Shown here piece after piece: positions 1 to 12,380 of a stretch of DNA of 56,925 bases. Every line of letters starts with the position of its first letter. Position 1 is the stretch's first letter. Origin of the DNA: Octopus bimaculoides (Eukaryota); the NCBI RefSeq assembly GCF_001194135.2, contig NC_068989.1:89175106-89232030 (forward strand). Direction: 5' to 3'. The notes beneath the pieces are model-generated. The model made no database searches. It was not told the origin of the DNA and saw only the letters and a list, made by a program, of their open reading frames with translations. The translations under genes and the position numbers were made by a program.

Positions 1-239
1 TATATATATATATATGTGTGTGTGTGCGCGCCTGTGTCCTGCTTGACACATGATGTTTACGTCCCTGCAACTTAGCATTTGAGCAAAAAACAGACTGACG
101 AAACAAGTACTGAGTTCAAATCATTGAACTGAAACTCGTCAAAGCAGTGCCTCAACATGGCCACAGTCCAGTGACTGAAAGAAACAAGCAATAACAGATT
201 GCATGTATATATGTACACGCGCGCACACTCTGTGCAGGG

Positions 240-460
240 TATTGAAAGCACAAGCTCCCCTGTGCTGGATGTGTCACATTGGTCCCCAGACATCAGTCGC
301 CAAGTGTTATCCAAGAGATCAGAACAGGACACTTGGAAGGCCTCCCATGACATTTGGAAGACGATTTCGTTAAGCAGTTCGGGTCAAGATGGGAAGAATG
401 GTGCAATTGAAACAGAATTGGAATTGCATTGTGGCCAGTGGTGTATGACAGCATCTGATG
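240..460 (+). pseudogene. Decayed RTE-type LINE ORF2 C-terminal fragment
   Basis: Frameshifted pieces KLPCAGCVT (compare KLRWAGHV) and YPRDQNRTLGRPP (compare WYPRxxKRPRGRP). Confidence 0.45.
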
Positions 461-507
461 GTCTAGTTCAGTACCGTGATATATATACAAGTGCGCGTGC
501 GCGCACA

Positions 508-548
<41 letters not shown>

Positions 549-593
549 GTCATAGGAATTTAGAAACTTAATGTCAACAGTATATAATTCTCA

Positions 594-827
594 AAGGCAG
601 CGAGCTGGCAGAAACGTTAGAATGCTTGGTGAAATGCTAAGCGGTATTTCGTTTACCGTACGTTCTGTGTTCAAATTCGGCCGAGGTCGACTTTGCCTTT
701 CATCCTTTCAGGGTCAATTAAATAAGTACCAGTTACGCACTGGGGTCGATGTAATCGACTTAATCCCTTTGTCTGTTCTTGTTTGTCCCCTCTATGTTTA
801 GCCCCTTGTGGGCAATAAAGAAATGAA
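594..827 (+). mobile_element. SINE family B (about 235 bp) with target-site duplication
   Basis: Matches 55442-55675 along its length. Flanked by tatataattctca (581-593) and tatacaattctca (828-840), 12/13 identical. A-rich 3' end. Confidence 0.85.
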
Positions 828-1699
828 TATACAATTCTCACTGGTAAGAAGTTTCTAAAATATATAAAGAAATACAAAGGATTGCTTTGATCCAATGTTT
901 GCAGAAGACATGGGTTCAAGTCCTGTGGGCAGCTTTTGACTTTTCTATTCAAAGGGTTTTTTTTTTTTTTAAGCCATTATTTCATAGCCATTATTTTAAA
1001 GCTATTATTTATAACTTTATCTGTTTTGAGATTCACGGTTCTAAAACAAAGATATACGTCCATGCACACGTGTGTCTGTGTTTGTCCCACCATTGCTTGA
1101 CATAAATACTGGGGTAGATTCGTTTGACTAAAACCCTTAAATGACAGTGCTCCAGCATGGCTACAGTCCAGTGATTGAGGCAACTAAAAGATAACAGGAC
1201 CCTCTCTTCTCTGATGGTGTATAGGCAATACTTAGATCCATGATTCCATTTGCCACTCCTACCTGGACCCCCACTATAAACTACAAAAAACACAAAAACA
1301 GTGTTCTACGCATAATAAGACGTGGCTTGACATACAGATCAGTCCTGATCCAACTGAGCTATAATCAAAATGTCATCCACTTGTGACCATCCCATCTATT
1401 TTTTAGATATAGTCTATGAAGGATGTGTGATTTCAGAGGGATTTGGCTGCTATTTCTATTTCCAGCAAGTGCAGCAACTGCATATAGGTTCCTTGTTAAG
1501 TGTGTGTTTATATATATTTGTCTCATTGACCTTGAGGTCCATACATTGGTAGAAGGCAGTCAAAAGGTGTCTCAACAGTGAATTGGTCTTGAGGGTTCAA
1601 TTTCAATTCAGAATTTGAAGGGAGATAACTAAGTGCAGCAAAGATTTAATCTGGTGCTCTATGAGTGTGTGTGTGTGTGTGGAAATATTTTACAGATTT

Positions 1700-1896
1700 A
1701 TACACTCTTCTTTCTCCCTCTGCCCCCTCTCTTTTTTCTCCATTTGTCTCTGTATCTTTCTCTTTCGTATACAATCTACCATCTGTTCACCCGACTCCTC
1801 TCATGCACACACACACACACACAGAAATTTTGGTGTGCGTACTGTACTATAATCTGCTTCCCACCTTCCTTTCTCTTTTTCTCTCATACACACACG

Positions 1897-1958
<62 letters not shown>

Positions 1959-2844
1959 CTACATACAAGCTGTTCCAACTCTTTCTCTGAGTTGCATCTA
2001 TCTCTATTTTTCAACCTTCCATTCACCTCCCCTCCTTCTCTTCCCCCTCTTTTAGCTTACTTTCTTCTCTTCCACAAGAACTACCTCATCCCCATCCTCT
2101 TCTGCTGCCTTCCTATGTTTTCTCTTTCTTTCTATCTTTCTTGAGTCTGGCTTAAGTCTACAAGTCTGTCTACCTATCCGATTCGTTACCTTTCTCTCTT
2201 TCCTCGCTTCTCCTTTTCTCCTTCCTCTCTCTCTCTATATATTTCTTCACTTTCTCCATCTATATATAATGAATAGCCATTCCTCTAGTCACCTATTACC
2301 ATCCATCCATCCATCCATCAATATAGCTATATGTCTATCTGTCCATCTACTTATTTATCCAGCCAGGCAACCCTCTCTATTTTGTCTAAGTGTATCTTGT
2401 TGTTTACATCCCTTCTGCCTCTCCATACCCTCCCCTATAGTCTCTTCCTGGCTCTCTCCCTTGTCCCCACCCCCACCCTTTTCAATGTTTAATCATACAA
2501 ACATTCTTCTCCATCATTCTTCAGATTCTGTTAGTTGCTTCATCTCAAGAACTCTCTTCTTCTCATTCTCTCACCCACCCCTACCTCATTATCATTCTTC
2601 CATTCCTCTCCACATCAGCTGTCTCTCCTCTCTCCATATCCGCTTACTTTCACTTTCACTTCTCTTCACTCTCCCTCCCCAATCACCTTCTACACCCCTC
2701 CCCTTCAACTGTCTCTCTCTCTCTCAATCCTCCCTCTCATATGTTTACCATATCTCATCCCTCTCCTCATCAGATGTCAGTCACCCTTTCTCTCTACTCT
2801 CCATCTCTCCTTTACTCTTCACTTCAGATGTCTATCATTCTTCC

Positions 2845-2894
<50 letters not shown>

Positions 2895-3000
2895 GTCTGT
2901 CATTCTTCATTCCTCTTCTTTTAACTCTCCCTTTTCATCTCATTGATATTCCTCCCCACCCTCCTTGCTCTTCATGTTCCATTCCACTCTCAGTTCACAT
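1700..3000. repeat. Polypyrimidine (CT-rich) low-complexity tract with (TA)n and (CT)n
   Basis: Strong C/T bias on the + strand; (TC)n at about 2848-2890. Confidence 0.8.
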
Positions 3001-4681
3001 ACATTCCAGCCACTTGAAGAAATCATACACACGCACACGCACAATGTACACACTTACACATAGACACGTATTATATCAACATATTTATACAAATCACACA
3101 CACACACACGTACAGTAATTCTGGCTTTCTAGGCATTTATCAAAAGTTGACATGGCATTCATCATAATCAGCAGCAGCACCACCACCACTGTCGCCTCTA
3201 CTGCCACCATCACCACCACCTTTAACACCATCACCCCACCATCATCACCATCAACACCAACATTACCAACCCTGTTATCACTGGCAGTAACATTGCAACC
3301 ACCACCATCACCACCACCACCACCATCCTCACCACTCCCGCCATCTTCATTACTGAAGTCAGCATCAACAACGTAATGGTTGTCGTCGGCAACATTATCA
3401 TTTTCAACAGGATCCATTGCCAACATTATAATCCTCTTCAGTAGCAACAACAACTGGCTGCTGCTGCACTGCTGCTGCGGCTGTTATCGTTATTGTCATC
3501 CTCACCACCACCACCACCACCACCAACAACTCGCTCCCCCACCCCATTCAGAGGGTGGGTGTTGTTTGCCATTATCATCATCATCATCATCATCATCATC
3601 ATTTCATCTGTCTGCTTCCATTATCAGACATCACTACCATTATCTTCATCACTACCTTTCCCATCATAATCATTATCATCACAATAAGCAATACCATTGC
3701 CCACAACGCCACCACGACCGCCATCACCCTCACCACCATCACCACCACTACTACAACCATCACAAACATTATCACCATCACTACCAGTATCACCACAAAT
3801 GTCGTAATCAATCACCACCACCACCACCACCACCACCACCGTCGTCGTCGTCGTCATAACCACCAACATCATTCAGTAATAATTCCTGCTAACAAACATT
3901 GATGGTGCTAACTTGAATCGCTCGCAACCACTGCACACATGTGTGCACAAATGCGCGCACACACTCACGTTTTCTGCATTTGTATGTGCCATCATGTGTG
4001 GCAGTTGCTGCATTCTGCTGGCTGCTTGCCATGTACTAGTCTTAGCATGGGTGCCAGTAGTAGTGTAGTATTAGCAGTAGCAGTAGTAGTGCCGTTGGTG
4101 TGATTGCAGTGCTGGTAGTAGTAGTTGTACTTGAAGTGTTGTTGTTATTATTATTGTTGTTGGTGGTGGTGGTGGCGGTGGTGATAATAGCAGTGGTGGT
4201 GGCGGTGGTAGTAGTAGTGGTGGTTGTGGTGGTGATAATAGCAGTGGTGGTGGCGGTGGTAGTAATAGTACATTTGGTAGTGGTCATGGTGTTAGTAGTA
4301 GTAGTAGTAGTAGTAGTGTGGTGTGGTTGTGCTCTAGTGCTGGCTGTGGTGGTGGTGGTGGTGGTGGTGGTGGTGGTGGTGGTGGTGGTACCACTGGTGG
4401 TTGTTTCCTGGTTATTGTTGCTGCTGCAGTGCAAATGGGTGGCATTAGTCATGTCATCAATTCTCCGGTTGTTAATAGTTGTTGTTGTTCAGGCGATAGT
4501 GATAGTGGTCATGGTAGCGGTAAGAGGAGACTGTGAAAGCAAATGTCTATGCTTACAGTTCTGTTTATGGTGATAGCGTTTATCTTAATAGAGGTGGTGG
4601 TGGTGGTGGTGATGGTAATTCCATAGCAGTGGCATCTCTTTGGGGTGCATAGATACTGCTGGTGATGGTGGCGGCAGTGGC

Positions 4682-4741
<60 letters not shown>

Positions 4742-5626
4742 GGTGGTGGTGGTGGCAGCGATGGTGGCTATCCCGAATTCTCGTTACTGTTGTAATAGTT
4801 AAATAATGGCAGAAGCAATTGCCTTTTCTGATAGTTCTTATTGGTATTCTGGCATTGGTGGAGTTGCACATGTAGTAGTGGTATCGGTGCTACATGTGGG
4901 GTATTGGTAAAGGTAGTGGTAGCACTGGATTGTATTGTAAATGGTATCTTACATGTAGTGGTAAGTAGTGTTATGCTCACATGTGGTAATATTATAGTTA
5001 TAATGCAAATGCTACCTGCAGCTGGCAGCGGTATTAAACATGTAGGAGTGTTAGACAGACATGTGGTAGTTAGTAGCGCTAACATGTGGTAGTAATACTA
5101 CTGTGAGTGGTCTTGTTTGTTTGCATGGTGTTGGAGGTAGTGGCGGTGTTGGTGGTATCATTGAAAGAGTGTTGCTGTTGTTGTAAGCAGCGGTGTCTGA
5201 GTCTGGCAGTGGTGGTGGTGGTGGTGGTGGTAGTGCTGGTGTCTGTCATGGTAGCAATACTTGTACAAAATCAATAACCGAGGCGGAAACGAGGACCTAG
5301 CGGTGGTGGTACTGGTGGTGGTGGCAGTGGATGTGCAGAAGGAGGAGGAGGAGGGGGAAGCGGAGATTATTGATTCCCCCCCCCCCNNNNNNNNNNNNNN
5401 NNNNNNNNNNNNNNNNNNNNNNNNNNNNNNNNNNNNNNNNNNNNNNNNNNNNNNNNNNNNNNNNNNNNNNNNNNNNNNNNNNNNNNNNNNNNNNNNNNNN
5501 NNNNNNNNNNNNNNNNNNNNNNNNNNNNNNNNNNNNNNNNNNNNNNNNNNNNNNNNNNNNNNNNNNNNNNNNNNNNNNNNNNNNNNNNNNNNNNNNNNNN
5601 NCGGCTGTCTGTTACCTCTCGAGACC

Positions 5627-5687
5627 ATGTCTGCATCGCATAGCTCCGACTGTTGGTGGGACAGTAACTCCGAGGGGTATGGGTCAG
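5627..5687 (+). CDS. Candidate TFAP4 first coding exon (MSASHSSDCWWDSNSEGYGS)
   Basis: ACCATG start context and strong CAG|GTAAGA donor at 5688, in a non-repetitive patch among simple repeats. No homology recognised. It ends in phase 1, so it needs an intermediate exon to reach 12221. Confidence 0.3.
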
Positions 5688-5726
5688 GTAAGAAACATTG
5701 CAATGCAGTGAGGTGGATTTAATTGG

Positions 5727-5759
<33 letters not shown>

Positions 5760-5986
5760 GGGTATAGTGGTATTGATGGTGGTGGGGGTGGTGATGGTGC
5801 TGGTTCTGTTGGTGGTGTTGGTGATGGCGGCAATAATGGTGGTGGTGGGGGTGGTGCTGGAGGTGGTTGTCATTGTTTGTTTGTTAGAGAATTTATTGTT
5901 TGGCCCCAAGTCAACCCCCTGATCAAGTAAGCCCTCTAATCAAAGACATTCCAGACATGACTGTCCTGTCTGTTCCCTGTTTGCAG

Positions 5987-6053
5987 GAAACCCACAACGA
6001 CCTTACTCAATGTTTCCTTTTTCAAAGATGCTGGGGCATAATTCGAGGGGAAG
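5987..6053 (+). CDS. Candidate 67-bp linker exon (G-NPQRPYSMFPFSKMLGHNSRG-R)
   Basis: Acceptor tgtttgcAG at 5985-5986. The 3n+1 length converts phase 1 to phase 2 with no stop. However, the donor AG|GTGGAG is weak and the pyrimidine tract overlaps an antisense repeat fragment. Confidence 0.18.
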
Positions 6054-6153
6054 GTGGAGTTAGTTTCTATTTCTAGCTAGCCGAGTAACCATGTGTAGTC
6101 TCCTTTGTCTCCAGAGATTTAGCAGTAGTCACTGGTGATGCTGCTACTGTTGT

Positions 6154-6205
<52 letters not shown>

Positions 6206-6529
6206 AGTGCTTATAGAAGGGTTTGGTAGTTCTTTTGATAGTATTAGTGGTCTGGTGGTGATGATGGGTGGTATGCTTGGGGTGGTTTATATTTGATGGT
6301 TTCAATGGCCAGGGTGGGTACGGTGGTGATGGCAACAGCTCAACATTGGCGGCAGTAGCGTAAAAGGATGGCGTTAGTCACACTGTAACCCCCCCACCAA
6401 CACCACACACATACATGCACACTGCTGCCGCCACCATCCCTTACAACCATCTATTTTTCTTACATGCAGCAGTGGCAGATCGCGCATTCTTGCAGTGCAT
6501 GGACTTGTGTTGCTATTCTTTCCATGCAT

Positions 6530-6863
6530 GTTTTGTGTGTGTGTGTGTGTGTGTGAGAGAATGTATTTCACAACATGCTGCTGTAAGCATGTTTTGAATA
6601 TCAATAAATATGCAGGTATGTGTGTGTGTGTGTGTGTGAGTTTTTGTGTACATAGATTACATGTGTATGTCTGTGTTTGTGTATGTATGTATGTGTGATG
6701 TGTGTATATATCTATGTACGCATATATATATATCATATCTCATATTTATATATATATATATTAGATATATGTACATATTTATGTTTATATATTATATATA
6801 TGTATGTATATATATGTATAAATATATGTATGTGTATATATATGTGTGTGCGTATAATGTATA

Positions 6864-6925
<62 letters not shown>

Positions 6926-7444
6926 TATATGTATATATATAATATAATATATATACACACACATATGCATATACATTATACACATATATGTATGGATATA
7001 TGCATATATTTATATATCATTTAATCATTTATATATATATGTGTGTATGTATGTATGTGTACACACACACACATACACACATTGTTGTATAGACAATCCA
7101 GCACTTACCACAACAAAGGAGTTTTGAATTTGGAAGTCTGTCTGCTCAAATGAAATATATGCGTAAGTTTAAGGTCACATCGAAAAGACATCCATACCCC
7201 GCTCCACTCTTATATATAAATGCATCCATGTGTGGACATGCTCTGTGGAAGACCATGCAGCTTCTTTGCACTTTAGAATGCATTGTGTGTGTGTGTGTGT
7301 GTTCATATTGAATGTTGCACACAAATTGTTGAGCTGTGTGTATATGTATGTATTAAGTATGTATCTCTCTCTCTCCTTTCTCTTGGTCTTCCTCTCTCTC
7401 CCTTTCTCTATATGTGTATATATATATATGTGTATATATATATA

Positions 7445-7482
<38 letters not shown>

Positions 7483-7557
7483 GTATGTATATATATATAT
7501 ATGATTATGTATATGTATGTATGTATGTANNNNNNNNNNTATATATATATGATTATG

Positions 7558-7631
<74 letters not shown>

Positions 7632-7707
7632 ATAGGATATATATATATAATGTATATGAATGTATATATATATATATGTATGTATATATGATATATATGT
7701 ATATGAA

Positions 7708-7756
<49 letters not shown>

Positions 7757-7819
7757 ATGTACTACATATATGTATGTATATGTACTACATATATGTATAT
7801 GTACATATATATTATATGC

Positions 7820-7851
<32 letters not shown>

Positions 7852-7857
7852 TATATG

Positions 7858-7888
<31 letters not shown>

Positions 7889-7960
7889 TGTGTATGTGTA
7901 TACACACACATATATATATGCACATGTATGTATGTGTATGTATGTACATACAAAGATGAG
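6530..7960. repeat. (TA)n, (TG)n and (TATG)n microsatellite field
   Basis: Direct reading; source of the YI/CV-repeat ORFs in the track. Confidence 0.9.
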
Positions 7961-8189
7961 CATTGTTAGCCAGTAATTGAATTTCATAAATCATTTCTGA
8001 GTGTGTATGTGTGTGTGTCTGCATGTTTGTGTATATAACAATGCACACAGCTTTTTCTGTTTGGATCTGTATGCATTTCTGTCTGTCTGTCTGTCTGTCT
8101 GTCTGTGTGTCTGCAATCGTCTCCAACAGCCCCCTTCCCTTCCCCGTCCTCCAGTTCAAAACAGGATGGAAATTGAAGCTGGTTTAGCC

Positions 8190-8605
8190 TTATCTTGTAT
8201 CTTTTGCTTGTTTCAGTCTCTAGACTGTGGCCATGCTGGGGCACCTTGCCTTGAAATTTTTAGTCGAATGAATCAACCCCAGGACTTATTGTTTCTGTTT
8301 TAAGCTTGGTTATTTCTTCCTTTAGTCTCTTTAGACAAACTGCTTAGTCACAGGGACATAAACACACCAACACCGGTTGTGAAACAGGGTGAGGAGGCAC
8401 ATACACACACACACACACACACAAACAACAACTTCTTTTCAGTTTCTGCCTACCAAGTTCACTGACTATGCTTTGGTTGGCCTAGGGCTATAGTAGACAA
8501 CACTTGCCGAAAGTGCTCTGCAGTGGGACTGAACCCAGAACCAAGTGGTTAGGAAGTAAGCTTCTCACTTCACAGCCTTGTCTGCATGTATTTAGCTGAT
8601 ATTTC
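8190..8605 (-). mobile_element. SINE family A, near full length (tRNA-like head, internal (CA)n, 3' tail)
   Basis: Reverse complement matches the other copies: head ggttcagtcccact, core gagtggatttggtag-like, tail ccagcatggccacagtc...gaaacaag. Confidence 0.8.
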
Positions 8606-8639
8606 TGGCACACTCGACTGGCTTAGCTAAATACATCAG

Positions 8640-9015
8640 CTTTTTATCTTTTACTTGTTTTTAGTTATTGGGCTGTGGCCTTGCTGGGGCACTACCTTGG
8701 ATGGTTTTTCGTTGAATGAACGAACTAACCCTAGTACTTTTTTTTTATTTTTAAATCTTCGTAATTTATGCTGTGGGTCTCCTTTGTTGTAAGCACTAGG
8801 CTATGGGGATGTAAACAAACCAGCACTGGTTGTTGAACAGTGACTGAAGGATAAAAAGACACATATACACACAGACACACACACATGCGCATTCATACAT
8901 GGTTCTGGGTTCAGTCCCAATGTGTGACACCTTGGGTAAGTGTTTTCTACTATAGCCTCGGGCCGACCAATGCCTTGTGAGTGGATTTAGTAGATGGAAA
9001 CTGAAAGAAGCCTGT
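8640..9015. mobile_element. SINE family A fragments: 3' half on - (about 8640-8890) abutting a head on + (about 8895-9015)
   Basis: Same family motifs as above, in opposite orientations either side of a (CA)n tract. Confidence 0.65.
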
Positions 9016-9067
9016 AGTAGTGGTGGTGGTGGTAGTATTGTTTTTATTGTTAGTAAGAGTAGTAGTA

Positions 9068-9425
9068 AAAGGCACATTGCTCAGTGGTTAGTGTGTTGCA
9101 CTCACAATCACAAGGTAGTGAGTTTGATTCCCGGACTGAACTGCGTCTTGTGTTCTTGAGCTAGACACTTTATTTCACGTTGCTCCAGTTCACTCAGCTC
9201 TAGAAATGAGTTGCGACGTCACTGGTTCCAAGCTGTATTGGCCCCTTTGCCTTTCCCTTGGATAACATCGGTGGTGTAGAGAGGGGAGGCTGATATGCAT
9301 GGACGACTGCTGGTCTTCCATAAACAACCTTGCCCAGACTTTGTTGGACAAGGTTGGAGAGGAACTCTCTTAGGTACAATCCCAAGGTCATTCATGACTG
9401 AAGGGGGTCTTTATCCTTTACCCTT
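9068..9425 (+). mobile_element. SINE family D (tRNA-like head with a CORE-like central segment)
   Basis: tgctcagtggttag (A box), gtttgattcc (B box), then tgttcttgagctagacact...ccagttcactcagctctagaaatgagt, which resembles CORE-type SINE centres. Confidence 0.6.
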
Positions 9426-9929
9426 TTAATACTGATACTAGTAGAGGAGGTGGTGGTGGTGGTGAGAGCAGTATGGTGTTATATATTATGATGTGCACAG
9501 AACTCAGTGATGTAAACCAGTTCATCATGAGCTAAACTATTCTGTTGCAAGTAAAAGCAAACCAGATACAGATAGTTTAGCTGGTATAGTCATTGTGGTT
9601 TCTCCAATGCTTCTACTTTTGAGTTCAAATCCTCTAGAAGAGAGTGACATTTTTTTGAAAAACAACATTTTGCTTTTCTTAAACTTTTAAAATTATGTGT
9701 TTTGTAGACAAGGGATTAATAAAGACAAGGTTATTAAAAGCCCGTCATGCCGTTGGTTATTTCCAAAATTAAGTGAAACGTATATTTTGTTGTGAATATG
9801 ATCAAGTGATGGTTTCTAACAAAAACAAGGAGATTATACCAACCCCCATTACTTGACTGAAAGAATTTAAACTTAGAATGCAACTACCAGTAATAAGTAA
9901 ATACCATTCCTGTCGGTTCCTCTCTCAGG

Positions 9930-10330
9930 AAAATGGATCTGAAACCAAGGGGTTAAGTGAGAAAAGTTTTTACATCTGATCTCTATGCTGGATATTCTAA
10001 AGAGAGCCAATACTTGGCCACTTTGTGAAGTTATCATGGAAAATAGATTAAAAGTAGAAGGTGACATATTTTGGCCATCAGAACACCATTCTAAAACAGC
10101 TTTCAAATGGACATTATTGGAGGGGAAAAGAAAGTGGGGAATATTGAAAACTTCATGGTGCAAAATATTCATAACTGGGACGTTAAATGAGGATGATGAT
10201 GATGATGATGATGCTACGAGAGATGCCAGTATCACATGGCTGGATGCTGAGAAAACTGCAACCAAGAGAATCCAGTAATGGCAACTTGTTGCCTAATCTG
10301 TTCAAGAGCTCAGGAGGGACTGAGAGTGAA
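9930..10330 (+). pseudogene. Decayed RTE-type LINE ORF2 C-terminal fragment with an internal (GAT)n
   Basis: ILKRANT...RLKVEGDIF...KTAFKWTLLEGKRKWGILKTSW...TWLDAEKTA resembles the post-RT RLRWAGH...GKRxRGRPKTTW...TW-EAE region. Confidence 0.65.
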
Positions 10331-10491
10331 ATGAAAACTAAATAGGTCGGATGAGTTCTTGCTCTCTTAGATGGTGTGAGGACCATAACCTGCTTGTAAA
10401 TTTTGTTTGTGGCCCCTGGTTTCTATAACTGGATGCACTTCCTAACACTAACACCTTTCCAGTGCACTGAGTGTATTTTTTGTGACACCAC

Positions 10492-10545
<54 letters not shown>

Positions 10546-10560
10546 GTGTGTGTGTGTTAT

Positions 10561-10780
10561 GGTACAGCCAGCTTTCTTATTGTATTGATATAAGGTCAGC
10601 TGTTTCTATTATTTGCGGTACATATAATTATATGATGTGGGTCACCTAAAATTGCCAAAGACTCCAAACTGCTGTATCCATTGTAAATATATGAAAACCT
10701 GACAGGTACAGCCAGCTTTCTTATTGTGTTTGATAAGGTCAGCTGTTTCTATTATTTGTTGTACATACCTAATTACTATG
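10561..10780 (+). repeat. Direct duplication of a segment of about 75 bp (period about 144 bp)
   Basis: ggtacagccagctttcttattgt...taaggtcagctgtttctattatttg starts at 10561 and again at 10705. Confidence 0.85.
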
Positions 10781-12220
10781 GTAAGAAGTGTTTTTAGTTG
10801 TAAAGCTGGCTGATTTAGTGGGTCCGGTGTTGCTTGAGAGATGGGCGGGGGGACTATGTTGTGATTGGAGAGTGTGTTTGAGAGTGATGATGATGAGGAA
10901 GAGATGGGTGGAGTGTAGTGAGTGTGAGACTGATGAGTATGAAAGGGGGGGGAGTATTTGCAGTGGTGCTGTGAGTGAGGCTTAATCCTTTAGTATTTAA
11001 GACAAACCATACCTGGCCACTATTTCTAGCTGTTTTATGTTCAAATCTTCTGGATCTGGCCTCTCACACCTACCCTATGATGTCATTCTGTGGCTGTGTG
11101 GTAAGAAGTTTACTTCCTGACCACATAGCTCTGGATTCAGTCCCACTCTGTGGCAATTTGGGTAATTCTCTTCTCTAGTCTTAAGTCAACCAAAGCCTTG
11201 TGAATGGAATTGGTAGATAGAAATTGAAAGAAACCCATCGTATATATATATATATACGATATATATCATTATCATCATCATCATTTAACGTCTGCTTTCC
11301 ATGCTAGCATGGGTTGGACGATTTGACTGAGGACTGGTGAACCGGATGGCTGCACCAGGCTCCAATCTGATCTGGCAGAGTTTCTACAGATGGATGCCCT
11401 TCCTAGCGTATGTTTGTCCCCTACTACTGCTGGACCACCAGTGTTGGTGTGTTTACATCCCTTGTTACTTAATAGTTTGTCAAAAAGAGACCAATTTAAA
11501 AATAAAACATGTTGGAGTCGATTTGTTCAACCAAAATTCTTCAAGGTGGGTGCCCAAGCATGGTCACATATCTAATGAGTGAAATAAGTAAAAGATAAAA
11601 ATGAAAGACATCAAATGATTTGTTTCATATGTATTGTTTACTGATGAGCTTTGTGGTAACTACATCCAGTGATAATCTCAGTTGTAGGGGTTTATTTAGT
11701 GAGGGTTGTGTTTTGATGCAGGAAGCGGGGCGAGTGTTGATAAGTTGTAACAACTGTAATTGTTGCATATCTTCATGTAAGGTGGTGAGTTCGATACCTG
11801 GTGCCATGTTGAGTTCTTCAGCAAGACGCATTATTTCACATTGCTCCAGTCCACTCAGCTGACAAAAGTTAAGTAGTAACTGTATTTCAAAGGGCCAGCC
11901 TTGTCACATTCTACGCCATGCTGAATCTCCTTGAGAACTATGTCTGTGGAGTGCTCAACCACTTGCATGTTAATTTCATGAGCAAGCTGTTCTGTTCGTT
12001 GATTGGATCAACTGGATTGCCATTAATACCATTGCAGTGCAGTGCAATATTGTTTCATTGTTGCATGTTATTTTCTTGTATATGCAACTAACATACCAAC
12101 AGATTAAGAACCACCATTCTGGTACTTTTGAGACTTTGTGTTCAAAATTTAATAAAGTGATTTATATTCTCATGTGAAGACAAACTTCTGATCTTTTGCT
12201 TATTTGTTTATTTTTTCCAG

Positions 12221-12380
12221 GCCCCGCCCCCTATCACCAAAAGCCCAACTTGAACAAGAGAAGCGAATCCGTCGTGAAATTGCCAACAGCAATGAACGGA
12301 GACGAATGCAGAGCATCAATGCTGGCTTCCAGTCCCTGAAGACGCTGCTTCCACATCATGCTGGCGAGAAGCTCAGTAAG
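12221..12380 (+). CDS. TFAP4: TFAP4 exon: basic region, helix 1 and loop (PRPLSPKAQLEQEKRIRREIANSNERRRMQSINAGFQSLKTLLPHHAGEKLSK)
   Basis: Acceptor ttttttccAG ends at 12220 and donor AAG|GTAAGG starts at 12381. RREIANSNERRRMQSINAGFQSLKTL is essentially identical to the AP-4 bHLH as I recall it. Starts in phase 2, ends in phase 0. Confidence 0.96.

Larger units (their letters stand above)
3140..6350. repeat. Cryptic trinucleotide low-complexity region: (CAC/CAT)n followed by (GTG/GTA/GAT)n
   Basis: Many interrupted trinucleotide runs; no long uninterrupted reading frame. Confidence 0.8.

Noticed and set aside
199-555. 118-aa non-repetitive-looking ORF as a possible upstream TFAP4 exon
   Set aside because: Other frames show RTE-like ORF2 motifs, so it is better explained as a LINE relic. 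The acceptor and donor are weak.
3094-5092. Overlapping poly-H/T/V/G ORFs on both strands
   Set aside because: Trinucleotide low-complexity DNA with frequent stops, no domain and no supported splice structure.
7490-7585. Duplicated atgattatgtatatgtatg either side of a 10-N gap
   Set aside because: Typical unmerged contig-overlap artefact in a microsatellite.
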